This document shows, one piece after another, positions 1 to 12,499 of a DNA stretch of 51,933 nt (the stretch's first letter is position 1; each line of letters opens with the position of its first letter). The stretch is from Octopus bimaculoides (lineage: Eukaryota). The notes below the pieces were generated by a model, which was not told the origin of the DNA, searched no databases, and saw only the letters and a program-made list of their open reading frames with translations. Position numbers and translations under genes: made by a program. The stretch covers positions 97,015,670 through 97,067,602 of the forward strand of contig NC_068988.1 of assembly GCF_001194135.2 (NCBI RefSeq). The letters are read 5' to 3'.

Positions 1-32
<32 letters not shown>

Positions 33-433
33 AATATAGGTATGCATATATAGAGTATATGTAAGTATGTATATGTATGTGTGTCTGTATGTATGTGCGT
101 ATGTAGAATATATATATATGTGTGTGTGTGCGCGTATATACATAATGTGCGTGCGTGTGTGTGATTATTGACATTTATAGAGAGGTTTAGTTAATATTTA
201 TCTGCATATTTTGAGTCTTTTCTGAGTGTTTATATATTGCCTCGTGTACATTACAGTATATGCCTGGAGGAGTGCTTGTTTCATAACGATATGTGTTCAT
301 GTATATATATATAACAATATAAATGATACATATATATGCATATGTGGGCACAGGACGTCACAGAACGTAAACAACATAAAATACAAAATACGAATACATA
401 GAATATGAACTTCTTTTGCGAACAACGAAAGAT

Positions 434-490
<57 letters not shown>

Positions 491-1129
491 ACATATATAT
501 GTACACATATTAATTATATAAGTGTATANNNNNNNNNNNNNNNNNNNNNNNNNNNNNNNNNNNNNNNNNNNNNNNNNNNNNNNNNNNNNNNNNNNNNNNN
601 NNNNNNNNNNNNNNNNNNNNNNNNNNNNNNATGCATATGTATCTCTATACGTAGATGTGTGTGTGTAGCTTAATGTTTGAGCATTGGGTTTACGATTGCT
701 AGACGATCGGTTCAATTCTTGAATAAATCAACAAGTTGTGATCTTGAGCAAAGCAGTTGATCCTTTAGTTTACTGGCGTCCTGACCAGTAGGAGGAATGC
801 GAGACCCGCATTTTTTTTACAAACGTCCTACAACCCGGTATTTGCTTTACAGTGTTTTGTGGCTGTTTTTGTTGCTGTCGCCAGTGGCTGTAGTCATGAT
901 AAATTCCTAGTGCCTCCCTTTGAACCGTTTCTACTTCCAAGCCTCTCTGTATCACGCTTCTCCGCTGTTGCAACCATCACCGTTCTTGATGTATACTAAT
1001 GGAGTTGGTGATGGCTCTGTTCAAATCAATTTGATTTTCTCAATTATTCTCTACCCTAAAGAAACAGTATCAATTAGAAAACTAAAAACGCTTGCCAGTC
1101 TTAAAGAGAGGTCTCATAAACTTCATGAA

Positions 1130-1168
<39 letters not shown>

Positions 1169-1683
1169 CGAAAATACAAATGCAAATTGTAGATGAAATA
1201 ATGACAGAAACATACATATTCAAATTGATCAGCTCAGAGTTGAATCTTAAATGTAACCGTGGTTATGGTGGCGCCCTAATGAGTTCGCTTTTTTAATTGC
1301 GTCACTTTGTGAATATAGAATTGTAGAGTATAATGCTCATCATAAATATTGGTGCAAACATGGTCATATAATTTCTTCAATTTCTTTGCATACAGAAATT
1401 AATTAATTACATGCTGGAGCTTACGAAACGGCTGTAAGCCTATGGAATAATCTGGTTTCATCTCTCACATCTCCTGGCCTTATCCTTTATAACACACACA
1501 CACATGTATGTATATACTTTACTATAATTATGTAGGAATTATTTTTAACAATTCATGGTGTGGCCAAAACATCAGAAATCTACCATCAACCACGACGTAC
1601 ACACGTACACATGTACACACATCCAGAGACATGCGCGCGAGTGCATATATACATGTTCTGTATTCGAGAGATGAGGAATTCTG

Positions 1684-1856
1684 TACATTATTTACATTGG
1701 ACGACAGATATGCGTCCTCATCTTGTTTGTTATTACCACAACGTGTCGGCTGATTTACTCTCAGGTGTCCTGGGGGAATTTTGAAACCAGCCCTGGGTAA
1801 CAACTAAACAAGATGAGGACACATATCCGTCCAATGTAAATTATGTAAATAATGTA
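1684..1856. mobile_element. Inverted pair of Penelope-like element terminal-repeat fragments with a disrupted hammerhead between the arms
   Basis: 1684-1737 (tacattatttacattggacg...tcctcatcttgtttgttattacc) is the approximate reverse complement of 1796-1846 (ggtaacaactaaacaagatgaggac...ccaatgtaaattatgta). It is the same family as 24340-24460. The spacer carries cggctgat...tcaggtgtc, a hammerhead missing part of its core and stem II. Confidence 0.6.
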
Positions 1857-1884
1857 TATATACATGTATATATGAATGTATGAA

Positions 1885-1924
<40 letters not shown>

Positions 1925-1925
<1 letters not shown>

Positions 1926-2030
1926 GTTTCAGTCTAGCAAATCGATCCCAGAACTTATTTCGTAGTTTGGTACTTACTCTATCGGTCTCTTTTGCTGAAC
2001 CGCAAAATTACTGGGACATAAATAAGTAAA
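1925..2030 (-). mobile_element. SINE 3' fragment (family of 46524-46976)
   Basis: Reverse complement matches the gcggttcggcaaaa...gatagaataagtact...gggtcgatttgctcgact block of the copy at 46860-46935. Confidence 0.65.
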
Positions 2031-2287
2031 TCATTGTTTGTCAAGCGATGATGAGGGAGAAAGACAAAGGACATCTTCGTACATACATACATATATATTA
2101 CACACACATATACTTACAAACGGATATGCATTGGTAAATAGATCGATAAATAGATATATAGCTTCAGAGCGACAGAGAAAGAAGATGCGAGACAAAGTGA
2201 GAGGTTGGTATGAAAGAGAGGCTTACGAGCGGAAAATAAGATAGTTGCGCTTTCTATTTGTAACGCTGCCTCTCTGTCGGTCCAACG

Positions 2288-2289
<2 letters not shown>

Positions 2290-2320
<31 letters not shown>

Positions 2321-2322
2321 TG

Positions 2323-2353
<31 letters not shown>

Positions 2354-2498
2354 GTATGTTTGTCTGTATGTATGCTTGTATGTATGTACGAATGTATGTA
2401 TGTATTATGCATGCATGTATGTATGTACGCACGTATATATGCATTTATGTATGTATGCATGTATGTATGCATGCATGCATGTATGTATGTATGTATGT
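2290..2498. repeat. (TATG)n tetranucleotide microsatellite running into an N-gap
   Basis: Directly visible. Confidence 0.95.
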
Positions 2499-3452
2499 NN
2501 NNNNNNNNNNNNNNNNNNNNNNNNNNNNNNNNNNNNNNNNNNNNNNNNNNNNNNNNNNNNNNNNNNNNNNNNNNNNNNNNNNNNNNNNNNNNNNNNNNNN
2601 NNNNNNNNNNNNNNNNNNNNNNNNNNNNNNNNNNNNNNNNNNNNNNNNNNNNNNNNNNNNNNNNNNNNNNNNNNNNNNNNNNNNNNNNNNNNNNNNNNNN
2701 NNNNNNNNNNNNNNNNNNNNNNNNNNNNNNNNNNNNNNNNNNNNNNNNNNNNNNNNNNNNNNNNNNNNNNNNNNNNNNNNNNNNNNNNNNNNNNNNNNNN
2801 NNNNNNNNNNNNNNNNNNNNNNNNNNNNNNNNNNNNNNNNNNNNNNNNNNNNNNNNNNNNNNNNNNNNNNNNNNNNNNNNNNNNNNNNNNNNNNNNNNNN
2901 NNNNNNNNNNNNNNNNNNNNNNNNNNNNNNNNNNNNNNNNNNNNNNNNNNNNNNNNNNNNNNNNNNNNNNNNNNNNNNNNNNNNNNNNNNNNNNNNNNNN
3001 NNNNNNNNNNNNNNNNNNNNNNNNNNNNNNNNNNNNNNNNNNNNNNNNNNNNNNNNNNNNNNNNNNNNNNNNNNNNNNNNNNNNNNNNNNNNNNNNNNNN
3101 NNNNNNNNNNNNNNNNNNNNNNNNNNNNNNNNNNNNNNNNNNNNNNNNNNNNNNNNNNNNNNNNNNNNNNNNNNNNNNNNNNNNNNNNNNNNNNNNNNNN
3201 NNNNNNNNNNNNNNNNNNNNNNNNNNNNNNNNNNNNNNNNNNNNNNNNNNNNNNNNNNNNNNNNNNNNNNNNNNNNNNNNNNNNNNNNNNNNNNNNNNNN
3301 NNNNNNNNNNNNNNNNNNNNNNNNNNNNNNNNNNNNNNNNNNNNNNNNNNNNNNNNNNNNNNNNNNNNNNNNTATATATATATATATACATATAAACACA
3401 AGTATTTAATACGTATATCTGTATAAATATATACGCAGATGTTAATATAAGC

Positions 3453-3488
<36 letters not shown>

Positions 3489-4484
3489 ATATATATATAT
3501 GTGTGTGTGTGTATATATATGTATGCATGTATGTATGTATGTATGTATGTATGTATGTATCTATCTATCTATCTATCTATGCGCACATCGGTGTTTGTAT
3601 ATTTATGTATACATAAATACATACGCGCATATATATGTATATATACATATGAATGTGTGTAAGTATATAGATATATATATACGTAAATATATATGTATAT
3701 ATATATGTGTGTATATATATATATATGTATGTATATTTGTGTATATGTATACATATATACACCCACATACATATTTGTTAAAGGACGCGAATAAATTTGT
3801 TTTGTTGAGGTTAGAAGATAATTGGACGAAACTCTATAGAGATTTGATTGTCTCTTATTCATTATTCAAGTATCGTTTTATGTACAAATATATATCATAC
3901 GCATACTTACATAGACGCACACACACACACACATACACATGTATGCACATATTCTATATCTATATATATGTATATATAAATATGTTTGTGTATACACACG
4001 TGTATTCACAAAACTTGATGTTAATGTGTTGTGTGAGTTTTATGCTTTGTAGAGTATAAGATTGTATTTGTTGTTTATGTAATTCATTAGGATGTTGTAT
4101 AGATGTATGTATATTTTTATACAGATACCCATATATATATATATATATATATATATANNNNNNNNNNNNNNNNNNNNNNNNNNNNNNNNNNNNNNNNNNN
4201 NNNNNNNNNNNNNNNNNNNNNNNNNNNNNNNNNNNNNNNNNNNNNNNNNNNNNNNNNNNNNNNNNNNNNNNNNNNNNNNNNNNNNNNNNNNNNNNNNNNN
4301 NNNNNNNNNNNNNNNNNNNNNNNNNNNNNNNNNNNNNNNNNNNNNNNNNNNNNNNNNNNNNNNNNNNNNNNNNNNNNNNNNNNNNNNNNNNNNNNNNNNN
4401 NNNNNNNNNNNNNNNNNNNNNNNNAATTCACTGTGACCTTTTTTGTTTCCTTATAAGCAGTTAACGGCGCTTTGCATCATCATC

Positions 4485-4540
4485 ATCATCATCATCATCA
4501 TCATTTTATTATTATTGTTGTTACAATTATTAATGGAGCC

Positions 4541-4583
<43 letters not shown>

Positions 4584-4685
4584 CATTATTGCTATTATTA
4601 TTATTAGTAGTAATAGTAGCTGTAGTGGTAGTAGTAGTAATAGTAGCTGTAGTCATAGGAATTGTTGTTGTTGTTATCGTGTTAG
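4485..4685. repeat. Compound trinucleotide microsatellite (CAT)n-(TAT)n-(GTA)n-(TTG)n
   Basis: Directly visible; it explains the poly-H/L/V ORF at 4472-4765. Confidence 0.9.
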
Positions 4686-5184
4686 TTTATGATATTTCGG
4701 ATTACGTTTCTTTGTTCATGTTTTCGCCATTGTTAAAATATTTGTTGGTTTTTATAAACGTATAAACAAATTGAAAAAAAAACCCCTAACAAATAAATAA
4801 ATAGATAAATAATTACATGAATAATTAAGGAAACATGTAATTTTCTTGTATTGACAAACGTTACGATGATGATGATGATCATGATGGTGATGCTGATGAT
4901 TCCTAACTGAATTATTAAAGGACGATGACAAGAACCGTCTATAAATACTCCGGCAACAATAATAATAGTCATTTATTCAAGATAGCCAATGATTGAAGGT
5001 TTGGTTGGTTGCGCGGGTCTGATTGGTTCCATAGAACCTCGGTACTTGATCGGTCCTTCAGTTTATTGTTCCTGAATGATGAAAGATAAATTTTGGGTCA
5101 ATTGTCGAGATAAAATGAATCAAACGATACAATACGAGAATATTAAAGACAATAAACTTAGCCGAGTCTCTGGAGCATCGGATG

Positions 5185-5290
5185 GAATGACTTGTAACAT
5201 TTGTTCCGGCTATTTGCTCTCTGAGTTCAATTCCTGCCGATGTCAGCTTCATATTTCATCCTTTAGGAGTCGATAAATAAACTTGCCAGG
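5185..5290 (+). mobile_element. Decayed tRNA-derived SINE fragment (family of 16906-17108 and 24498-24686)
   Basis: ctctgagttcaattcctgccgatgtc...ttcatcctttaggagtcgataaat resembles the B-box and body of the better copies. Confidence 0.55.
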
Positions 5291-5329
5291 CCGTTACATT
5301 GGGAGAATCGGTAGGGCATCGGACAGGAT

Positions 5330-5610
5330 GCCTTGGTGAATGTGTTCTGGACCTCCTGACTCTGATTACAGAATCTTTACTTTCTGACTCTTTCACAATC
5401 TCACCCCAGTTACAGAACAACAATAATCGTTTTAATCAATCTCAAGACTTGACAGATATTTTGTCGACTCCACTTCCATTCTATCATCATTCCATTCTAT
5501 CATCAAGGATTTCTCCTGCCGGAAGCACTCCATAATATAGCTAGACTCGTTTCCCAAATGACTTACTCTTTCCTTCAAAACCAGGAAATATTTCAGTTTC
5601 CAACAGCTAC
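5330..5610 (-). mobile_element. Possible decayed RTE-like LINE reverse-transcriptase fragment
   Basis: Minus-strand translation ...RMEVESTKYLSSLEID, then DSVIRVRR in another frame, loosely resembles the LINE RT C-terminal EVV.xF.YLG...ESxxARI region. Interrupted by stops. Confidence 0.3.
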
Positions 5611-5644
5611 TCACATACTACAAAGCTTAAGTGAGGTCGACAAT

Positions 5645-5978
5645 GCACTCTTACTGGCAGGGTGTTGGTACCACAGACTCAAAATTCCTGTGCCACATCC
5701 CAACAAGGGCTTTTCCCCGGTGGAGCGTTGTGTTCTTGAGCAAGGCACTTTATTTCACGTTGCTGAAGTCCTCTCAGGTAGCAAAAATGGGTCGTACTTG
5801 TAATTCAAAAGGGCCAGCTTTGTCCCTTTTTGTGTCACACCGAATCTCTCTGAGAATTAAGTTAAGGATACGCATGTCTGCGGAGTGCTCAACCACTTGT
5901 AAGTTAATTTCATGAGCAAGCTTTTCCGTTGATTGGATCAACTGGAACACTCATCGTCGTAAACGACGGAGTACCCGT
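5645..5978 (+). mobile_element. tRNA-derived SINE (second family), near full length
   Basis: Degenerate tRNA-like head, central ttgtgttcttgagcaaggcactttatttc block, and 3' end gatcaactggaacactcatcgtcgtaaacgacggagt. Related pieces at about 700-770, 35880-35950 (minus) and 46990-47083 (minus). Confidence 0.65.
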
Positions 5979-6249
5979 CAGTTAACAATATTTACCGATT
6001 TTGGTGCTCCCGCAAAGATCATGGGCCTTTCCTCTTCCTCCAGACATAATAGCAAGTAAAAAAAAAAAGAAGCAAACATGATGGTGATAATGATGATNNN
6101 NNNNNNNGTGGTGGTGGTGGTGGTGGTGGTGGTTTTGGTTAAAGTAATGACGAGGTTGCAGCGAAGATGTAGTTGTCAGTGTGTTGAGAGAAATGAAGGT
6201 GGCAGTGATACGGTACAATGTGTTTGTTGTTGCTGCTGCTGTTGTCTTG

Positions 6250-6402
6250 TCCTCGGTCAAGCTCGATCTAGCAGACCACCTACGACAAGAAAACATTCTC
6301 ATCGTCTTCTCGCCTTGAATGGAAGTGTGGCATGATTTGAGGGAGATTTACGGCTGCAATTTCTAGCCGATGGAGCGACCACATAAAGCTCCCTCGTTGG
6401 TT
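6250..6402 (+). repeat. Unclassified two-block dispersed repeat (block B + linker + block A)
   Basis: Block B cctcggtcaagctcgatctagcagacc... then block A atgatttgagggagatttacggctgcaatttctagccgatggagcgacc...ccctcgttgg. The same pair recurs at 30185-30345, 39772-40690 and 46030-46195. Confidence 0.6.
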
Positions 6403-7111
6403 CGGTACTTGTGTTTTTTTCTTTTCTTTTTTTTTTTTTTCGGTAGTCGTAAGTATTTGAACGATTCGATAGCAATGATGGCGGAGGGTTTGTTAATGAC
6501 GAAGACGATGACGAAAGGAGGCTGGCGACCGTAACGCTACGTTTGTGCACTCAGGCGCCATGTTTTTTTAAATTTATCATTATCATTATTGTTATTATTA
6601 TTACTATTATTATTATTATTAGTTGTAAAAGGAGATTCATATCCGGCAAAGGGTTCGAATTAACCCGGAGGCTTTTCATGCTGTTTCAAGCTGCTTCGGC
6701 TCCTCTTAGTTCAATGTTCAATGTATATTTGACTGGACAAAACGGCCGTAGGCATCTCCATTTTGTTATTATTATTATTATCATTATTATTGAACATCAG
6801 CATCATTATCATCACTTTAGTCACGATTGTTCACGTTTTGTTTTAAGATCTTACATGACAACCATTTTCCAACTGTCGATTTTATTTTTTTCCTCCCCGA
6901 CTCGCTGCCAGAACTCGGAAGATCTATCCAAAATGGACAGTGGAATCGCACTTGAATAAATAGGAACCATTACATGAAGGAATGAAAAGAAGACAAAAAA
7001 AAGTATACATATGTGTTTGTGTGTGTGTATATATATATATATANNNNNNNNNNNNNNNNNNNNNNNNNNNNNNNNNNNNNNNNNNNNNNNNNNNNNNNNN
7101 NNNNNNNNNNN

Positions 7112-7148
<37 letters not shown>

Positions 7149-7453
7149 CACTCATTTCTATGTAAGTGTGCGGATCAACAGAGAAGGGGAGAAAGAGATG
7201 GAGGGGTGGGGAGAGAACAGGTGTGTAAAACAAAAGATACGAGAAGGAAGTTTAAGTGAAAAGGAGAGAAAAAGAGAGAAAAACAGAAAGAGAAACAGAG
7301 GGGAAAGGAGAGGGGGGAAAGGAGAGGGGGGAAAGAAATTGCGAACGAAGGATATTTTTGTGTATCTATATGTTAATGTTTCTCTGTGTGTGTATGTCTG
7401 TGTAATTATGTACACACACATACGCACACACATAAATATGTACATATATACAT

Positions 7454-7489
<36 letters not shown>

Positions 7490-7647
7490 TCATATACGAG
7501 TATACACAAACAAATATGCATAGTATAACATATTTAATACATACACATACTCGTAAATATGCATACACACAACATATATATGTGTTATATATAAATGTAT
7601 GTATACATACACACGCACATATATACATATATACGAATACATGTGAG

Positions 7648-7751
<104 letters not shown>

Positions 7752-8286
7752 TAGATACATATATACGCAAGTATATATGTATATATTTATATATACATAT
7801 AAGTGTAATTACAATTTATATTTGATTATATACGTCAGTGTATATATGTATATATGATATGCACCTGTGTTTGAATGTGTGTATGTGTGAGTGTGCATGT
7901 ATAAGTGTGTGAACGTATGTGTATATATAAATATCAAAACATATGTGAAAATCACAATTTTCGATGATTTGAATATCCTCTGGTTCTATGTAGATATCTC
8001 TGTCTGTGTGTGTATGTAAATGAGCGTCTATTTGTCTATGTGTGTATGAATGTATGTGTGTGTGTCTGTCAAGAACCATTTTCTTGTCGGTGTCTTTTGT
8101 TGGTTTCTTTTGTTGTTGTTGTTGTTGATCAGTTGTATTGAATGTAAGATAATGACGTCCTTGAAAACGGACAGCAAAGACACGGCAAAGAAACACGGCA
8201 AAGAAACATGGCTTTGGCTGAAATTAACGAAATATCTGCGAACACACACAAACACACACACTCAAAATGTCCGAATAGTGGATTAA

Positions 8287-8455
<169 letters not shown>

Positions 8456-8838
8456 TATATATAATATATCGACATATGATCTATAAATATTGACATAAAT
8501 AAAGTGCAGAGATTAATATCTAACTAGTTATATACTCATATATACATGTGTGAATGTATGAATGCATGTGCGTGTGTATGTATATATACATATATATATG
8601 TAAATATATATATGTATACATATATATAAATATATATACACATATGTATACATATATATAAATATATATACACACATATGTATACACATACATATATGTA
8701 TATACATACATTTATACATATTTGTGTACATATACATATATATATATATATATATGTATGTATATATGCATAGATGCATATATATTTAAGTGCATAAATA
8801 CACATATTCATCTATCTCTCTTTCTTTCTCTGAGAGAG

Positions 8839-8875
<37 letters not shown>

Positions 8876-9717
8876 GGTGAGAGTTAGAGAGAGGGAGAGA
8901 GAGAGAGAGATAAATGAATAAATAAGTAAAGAATGGAAGCGGCAGATAAATAGATAAATTAGATTGCTAGTTAGATAGATAAGTTTTTATGAGCAATAGA
9001 GAAATCTTGAAAAGCTTTCGAGTGGCTTCATTGCAAGTTGTAAGCAATATGTCGCACGCTGGACACCTCCGGGTTAAAAAGTGGTTTTAACACTCGAGGC
9101 TCCTTGTCCAACCAATTTCGCTGACGGCCACACGATAATATCAAACAATGTGAACCGACTAGTATTGCGTTTCGCAGCTGTTACTTGTTACTTAGGACAT
9201 TGGAACTGCAAACCCGTTCCATCGGAGAGGGTATTCCACCACCAGTCGAGAGTATGAAGCGGATGCGATGCTTGGCTCTTGTCCCGTTGGTTACCGGCAC
9301 TTAGCTGCGTCCTTGACCAAAACACTTAACATTTGCTGGTTCAGTGTATATAATAAGTAAAGATGTATGTATACAGGTGTACAGGTATGTATGTGTGTAT
9401 TATGTTCAGATGGTTTTGTTTTTTTAGATTTCTTTCCTATACAGAATAAACCGGACGCTAGACCAGTAAGAGAGCTCCTTCATTAGAATTTCGACAACAT
9501 CAGTTACGGTGTCTTACGTCTGTATGTGTGTGCATGCATGTATGTTTATATCTATGTATTTGCATATATATATAAGTGGGTGTACGTATGTGTGTACGTT
9601 TGTGTGATCGGATGCAGTTACGTGAGTAAATAAATCTGTATACTTTGACTTCTCTCTTTATCGGTAGACATGATTGTCATCTGCAGATGTGTAAAAGTGT
9701 GCTTAAGAAAATGAATT

Positions 9718-9910
9718 AGGAGAACTGTTAGAGCGTAGTACAAAGTGCCGTGTGGTGAAAATGTTTTGATTCTTTAGATCCTGCGTTCAAATCCTGCCAC
9801 GGTTCACTTAGTCTTTCATCCATTCGGAGTCTAAAGAATAGAACAAGAATGCAGGAAGATGGATTGGCGGACACGTTAAAGCGTCGGACAAAATGTTTTG
9901 TTATAAGTGT
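9718..9910 (+). mobile_element. One or two decayed tRNA-derived SINE heads
   Basis: agaactgttagagcg...gcgttcaaatcctgcc...tttcatccattcggagtc, followed by gattggcggacacgttaaagcgtcggacaaaatg; both resemble the 16906 copy. Confidence 0.5.
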
Positions 9911-10439
9911 TCGAATCCTTTAGTTTCTGGACGCCGAGGCAAGGGAAACGAACTTGTCTGCAGGCAACCGAGATAAGATGGCGCTCTTGTCAAAAATACC
10001 GGAAAGAAACCAACAAGAGTTCATTTTTGTAAACTCGCACGAAAATTAGACACGAAGCACATAAACTCATTGACGACAAATGAGTCATCAGGGTTCAATC
10101 GTCGACCCCATGAGGAAATGAAGAGAGATGTGTGTATATATAAAAGACGAGGGAGATTCAGGAAGGATTTTGAGATTAATGATCATAAATGAGGGTAACT
10201 TAACGCGATTTAAGATATTGTTACATCCCTCGTCCCTTCTGGCAATCTGCTCTCTTGTTTGGAGCAATTCGTATGTAGTTTCAAGGGAAAGCATCAAGTG
10301 TGAGTGTCACCTTGTATAACATGTTCTGACGAGGTGCATACATATAAACAAGTTACTGTCTCAAAGCAAAGATCCTCTTGTAAAAAACGGGTTTTTTTTA
10401 ACTCAAGGACTCATAAGGACGGTTAGCCTGTTTCTATGG

Positions 10440-10640
10440 CGAGTAAGTGACACAAATCACTTACTCGGGACATGCTCAACTGGTTAAGGTCAAATAACTG
10501 ACAAGTAAATCTGTGTTATTGAGCAGAATATTTGCTGTAGCCCATCTTTTATACCAAGACAAAACAATGTACATGATAACACTTCCAATCAATTAAGATG
10601 AGAAGCCATGAAAACCACTGCCTGGTACTGCATCCGCGCA
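10440..10640 (-). mobile_element. SINE-like interspersed repeat fragment (third family)
   Basis: Reverse complement gcagtaccaggcagtgg...ggaagtgttatcatgtacattgttttgtcttggtataaaagatgggctacagcaaatattctgctc matches a repeat I recall from octopus DNA. Recognition only, no search run. Confidence 0.45.
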
Positions 10641-11065
10641 TTTATCATTACTATTTTTGCAGAATTCCACCGTTGCGTCCCATAAAATTCAAATGGATGA
10701 TGACTTTTAAAGGAATCTCAATTATGGACAAACACTGTCATTGATTTGCTGAGATGGAAAGGAATATGTTATGGTATAAAGATTCCAGAGACTTCCACGA
10801 GGTCGCTGCATCTGAACGTCAAACAGTACATTCTCACAGATATCACATACACACCGAATCTATATTAAAACCCGACTCCAACTGCTAAAAACAACAACAA
10901 AAACATAACCCACCCGAAAAAAAAACTGCAAACAGATCCCGCAGTAAATCCTTGTAAATCTCTATGAAAATAGAATCAACCTCGGCAAGTGATGGCTTTA
11001 AATGACTGTAAAATGAGTTGATATGAAATAAAGTGCGTTCGGGTCTTAGTAAAGAGGAGGGAAAC

Positions 11066-11066
<1 letters not shown>

Positions 11067-11148
<82 letters not shown>
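11067..11148. repeat. (CA)n microsatellite
   Basis: Directly visible. Confidence 0.95.
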
Positions 11149-11151
<3 letters not shown>

Positions 11152-11309
11152 TGAATATATGACGAGAATGTGTGTGAGAGAGAGAGAAAACATGTGTTCT
11201 CCCCAATCTTAAGTTAATTTCAACACTCAATGTTTAATGGTCCAACACAGACGACTTAATCATTCTCACTTTTAGTACACAGACACACAGACACACACAC
11301 ACACATACG

Positions 11310-11349
<40 letters not shown>

Positions 11350-11359
11350 NNNNNNNNNN

Positions 11360-11395
<36 letters not shown>

Positions 11396-12499
11396 TGTGC
11401 ATGTATGTGTGAGTGTGTGCTTGTATATGTATGTACATATGTGTGTGCGTATGTATGCATATCTATAAATTTACACATTCATATATACACTCTTCATACA
11501 CACTCACACATACACGGTGATAGTCATAAAGTCACCGTCCCCACACTCCGCCTGTCACTTGAACCCGCTCAAAGCATTACATATCCTTCTCTCCATACTC
11601 ACTCCTTCATATACATATCCCATATCGAGAAGTGTTCCCATATCTACGTGTTCATGTAATAGTAATTATCCTTGTAATCTGCTGAAAGACAGACAGATAA
11701 CAAATTCATTTAGTAAAAACGACCTTAAAACGGAAGCAGTGAGCAAGCAGCAGTGAAGCCGACTTCCTGTTATAAAAAATCAAAATGGTCTCCATATTTC
11801 ATGTAACAGAATAAAGCAACGAAGGGAGAGAATTTCTTTTCCTTTTGTGAATGTTGTTACGAATCAAGAGATTTGATGATTTTCACTCCTGTAAATATTA
11901 AAATAGTGAAAGAGAGAAGTTGGTGGTGTCGTTGGCGATAGGCATGCGGTTGGATGTGTATTTCTTTCGATTGTCGATGTGTATGTGTGTGTGTGTGAGT
12001 AGATGTGTCTTTGTATGTACCCGTGTAGTTTTGTGTATGTGTGCGTTTCTGGGTATGTGTAAACACACATTCACATACAAAACATACATACATACATACA
12101 TACATACATACATACATACATACATACAGATAAGGTTGTATGCACATAGATACATATATCTGATAGTGCATCTATGCGATATACACGTGTGAATCCATAA
12201 ATACTATGATGATATATAAACGCCTACGTATAGACGCAGGTATATAACTGTGTGTATAAATATATAGAGACGATTTCACGCCATAGTTTTATTTAACATA
12301 AAAATAACCACATGAAATGGACCTAATATTTGTCGCAGTTTTTACCAGAACTATGTATCAATAGGAGATCAGCTCTATTAACCTTTTCCCTAGGGAACGA
12401 CTCTTGTAACTATTTCTAACGTCTCGATAAAAAGAGGTAATGGAGAATACAGTTTCCTACAAAAAAAAAAAAATAATAATAATAATAAATAAAAAATGA

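Noticed and set aside
770-1050. GC-richer unique segment with ORFs on both strands
   Set aside because: No consistent acceptor-frame-donor combination and no recognisable homology.
2245-3454. Very long ORFs (300-560 aa) here and at 25472-26623, 44166-45937, 41440-42246 and 48191-49024
   Set aside because: They consist of X from N-gaps plus translated dinucleotide or tetranucleotide repeats; not evidence of coding.
9040-9330. CpG-containing unique segment with several short open frames
   Set aside because: Could be an old transposon fragment or an exon, but I could not assign strand, frame or family.
10055-10095. CTGATGA followed by a hairpin on the minus strand
   Set aside because: No GAAA after stem II and no NUH site or stem I, so not a hammerhead.
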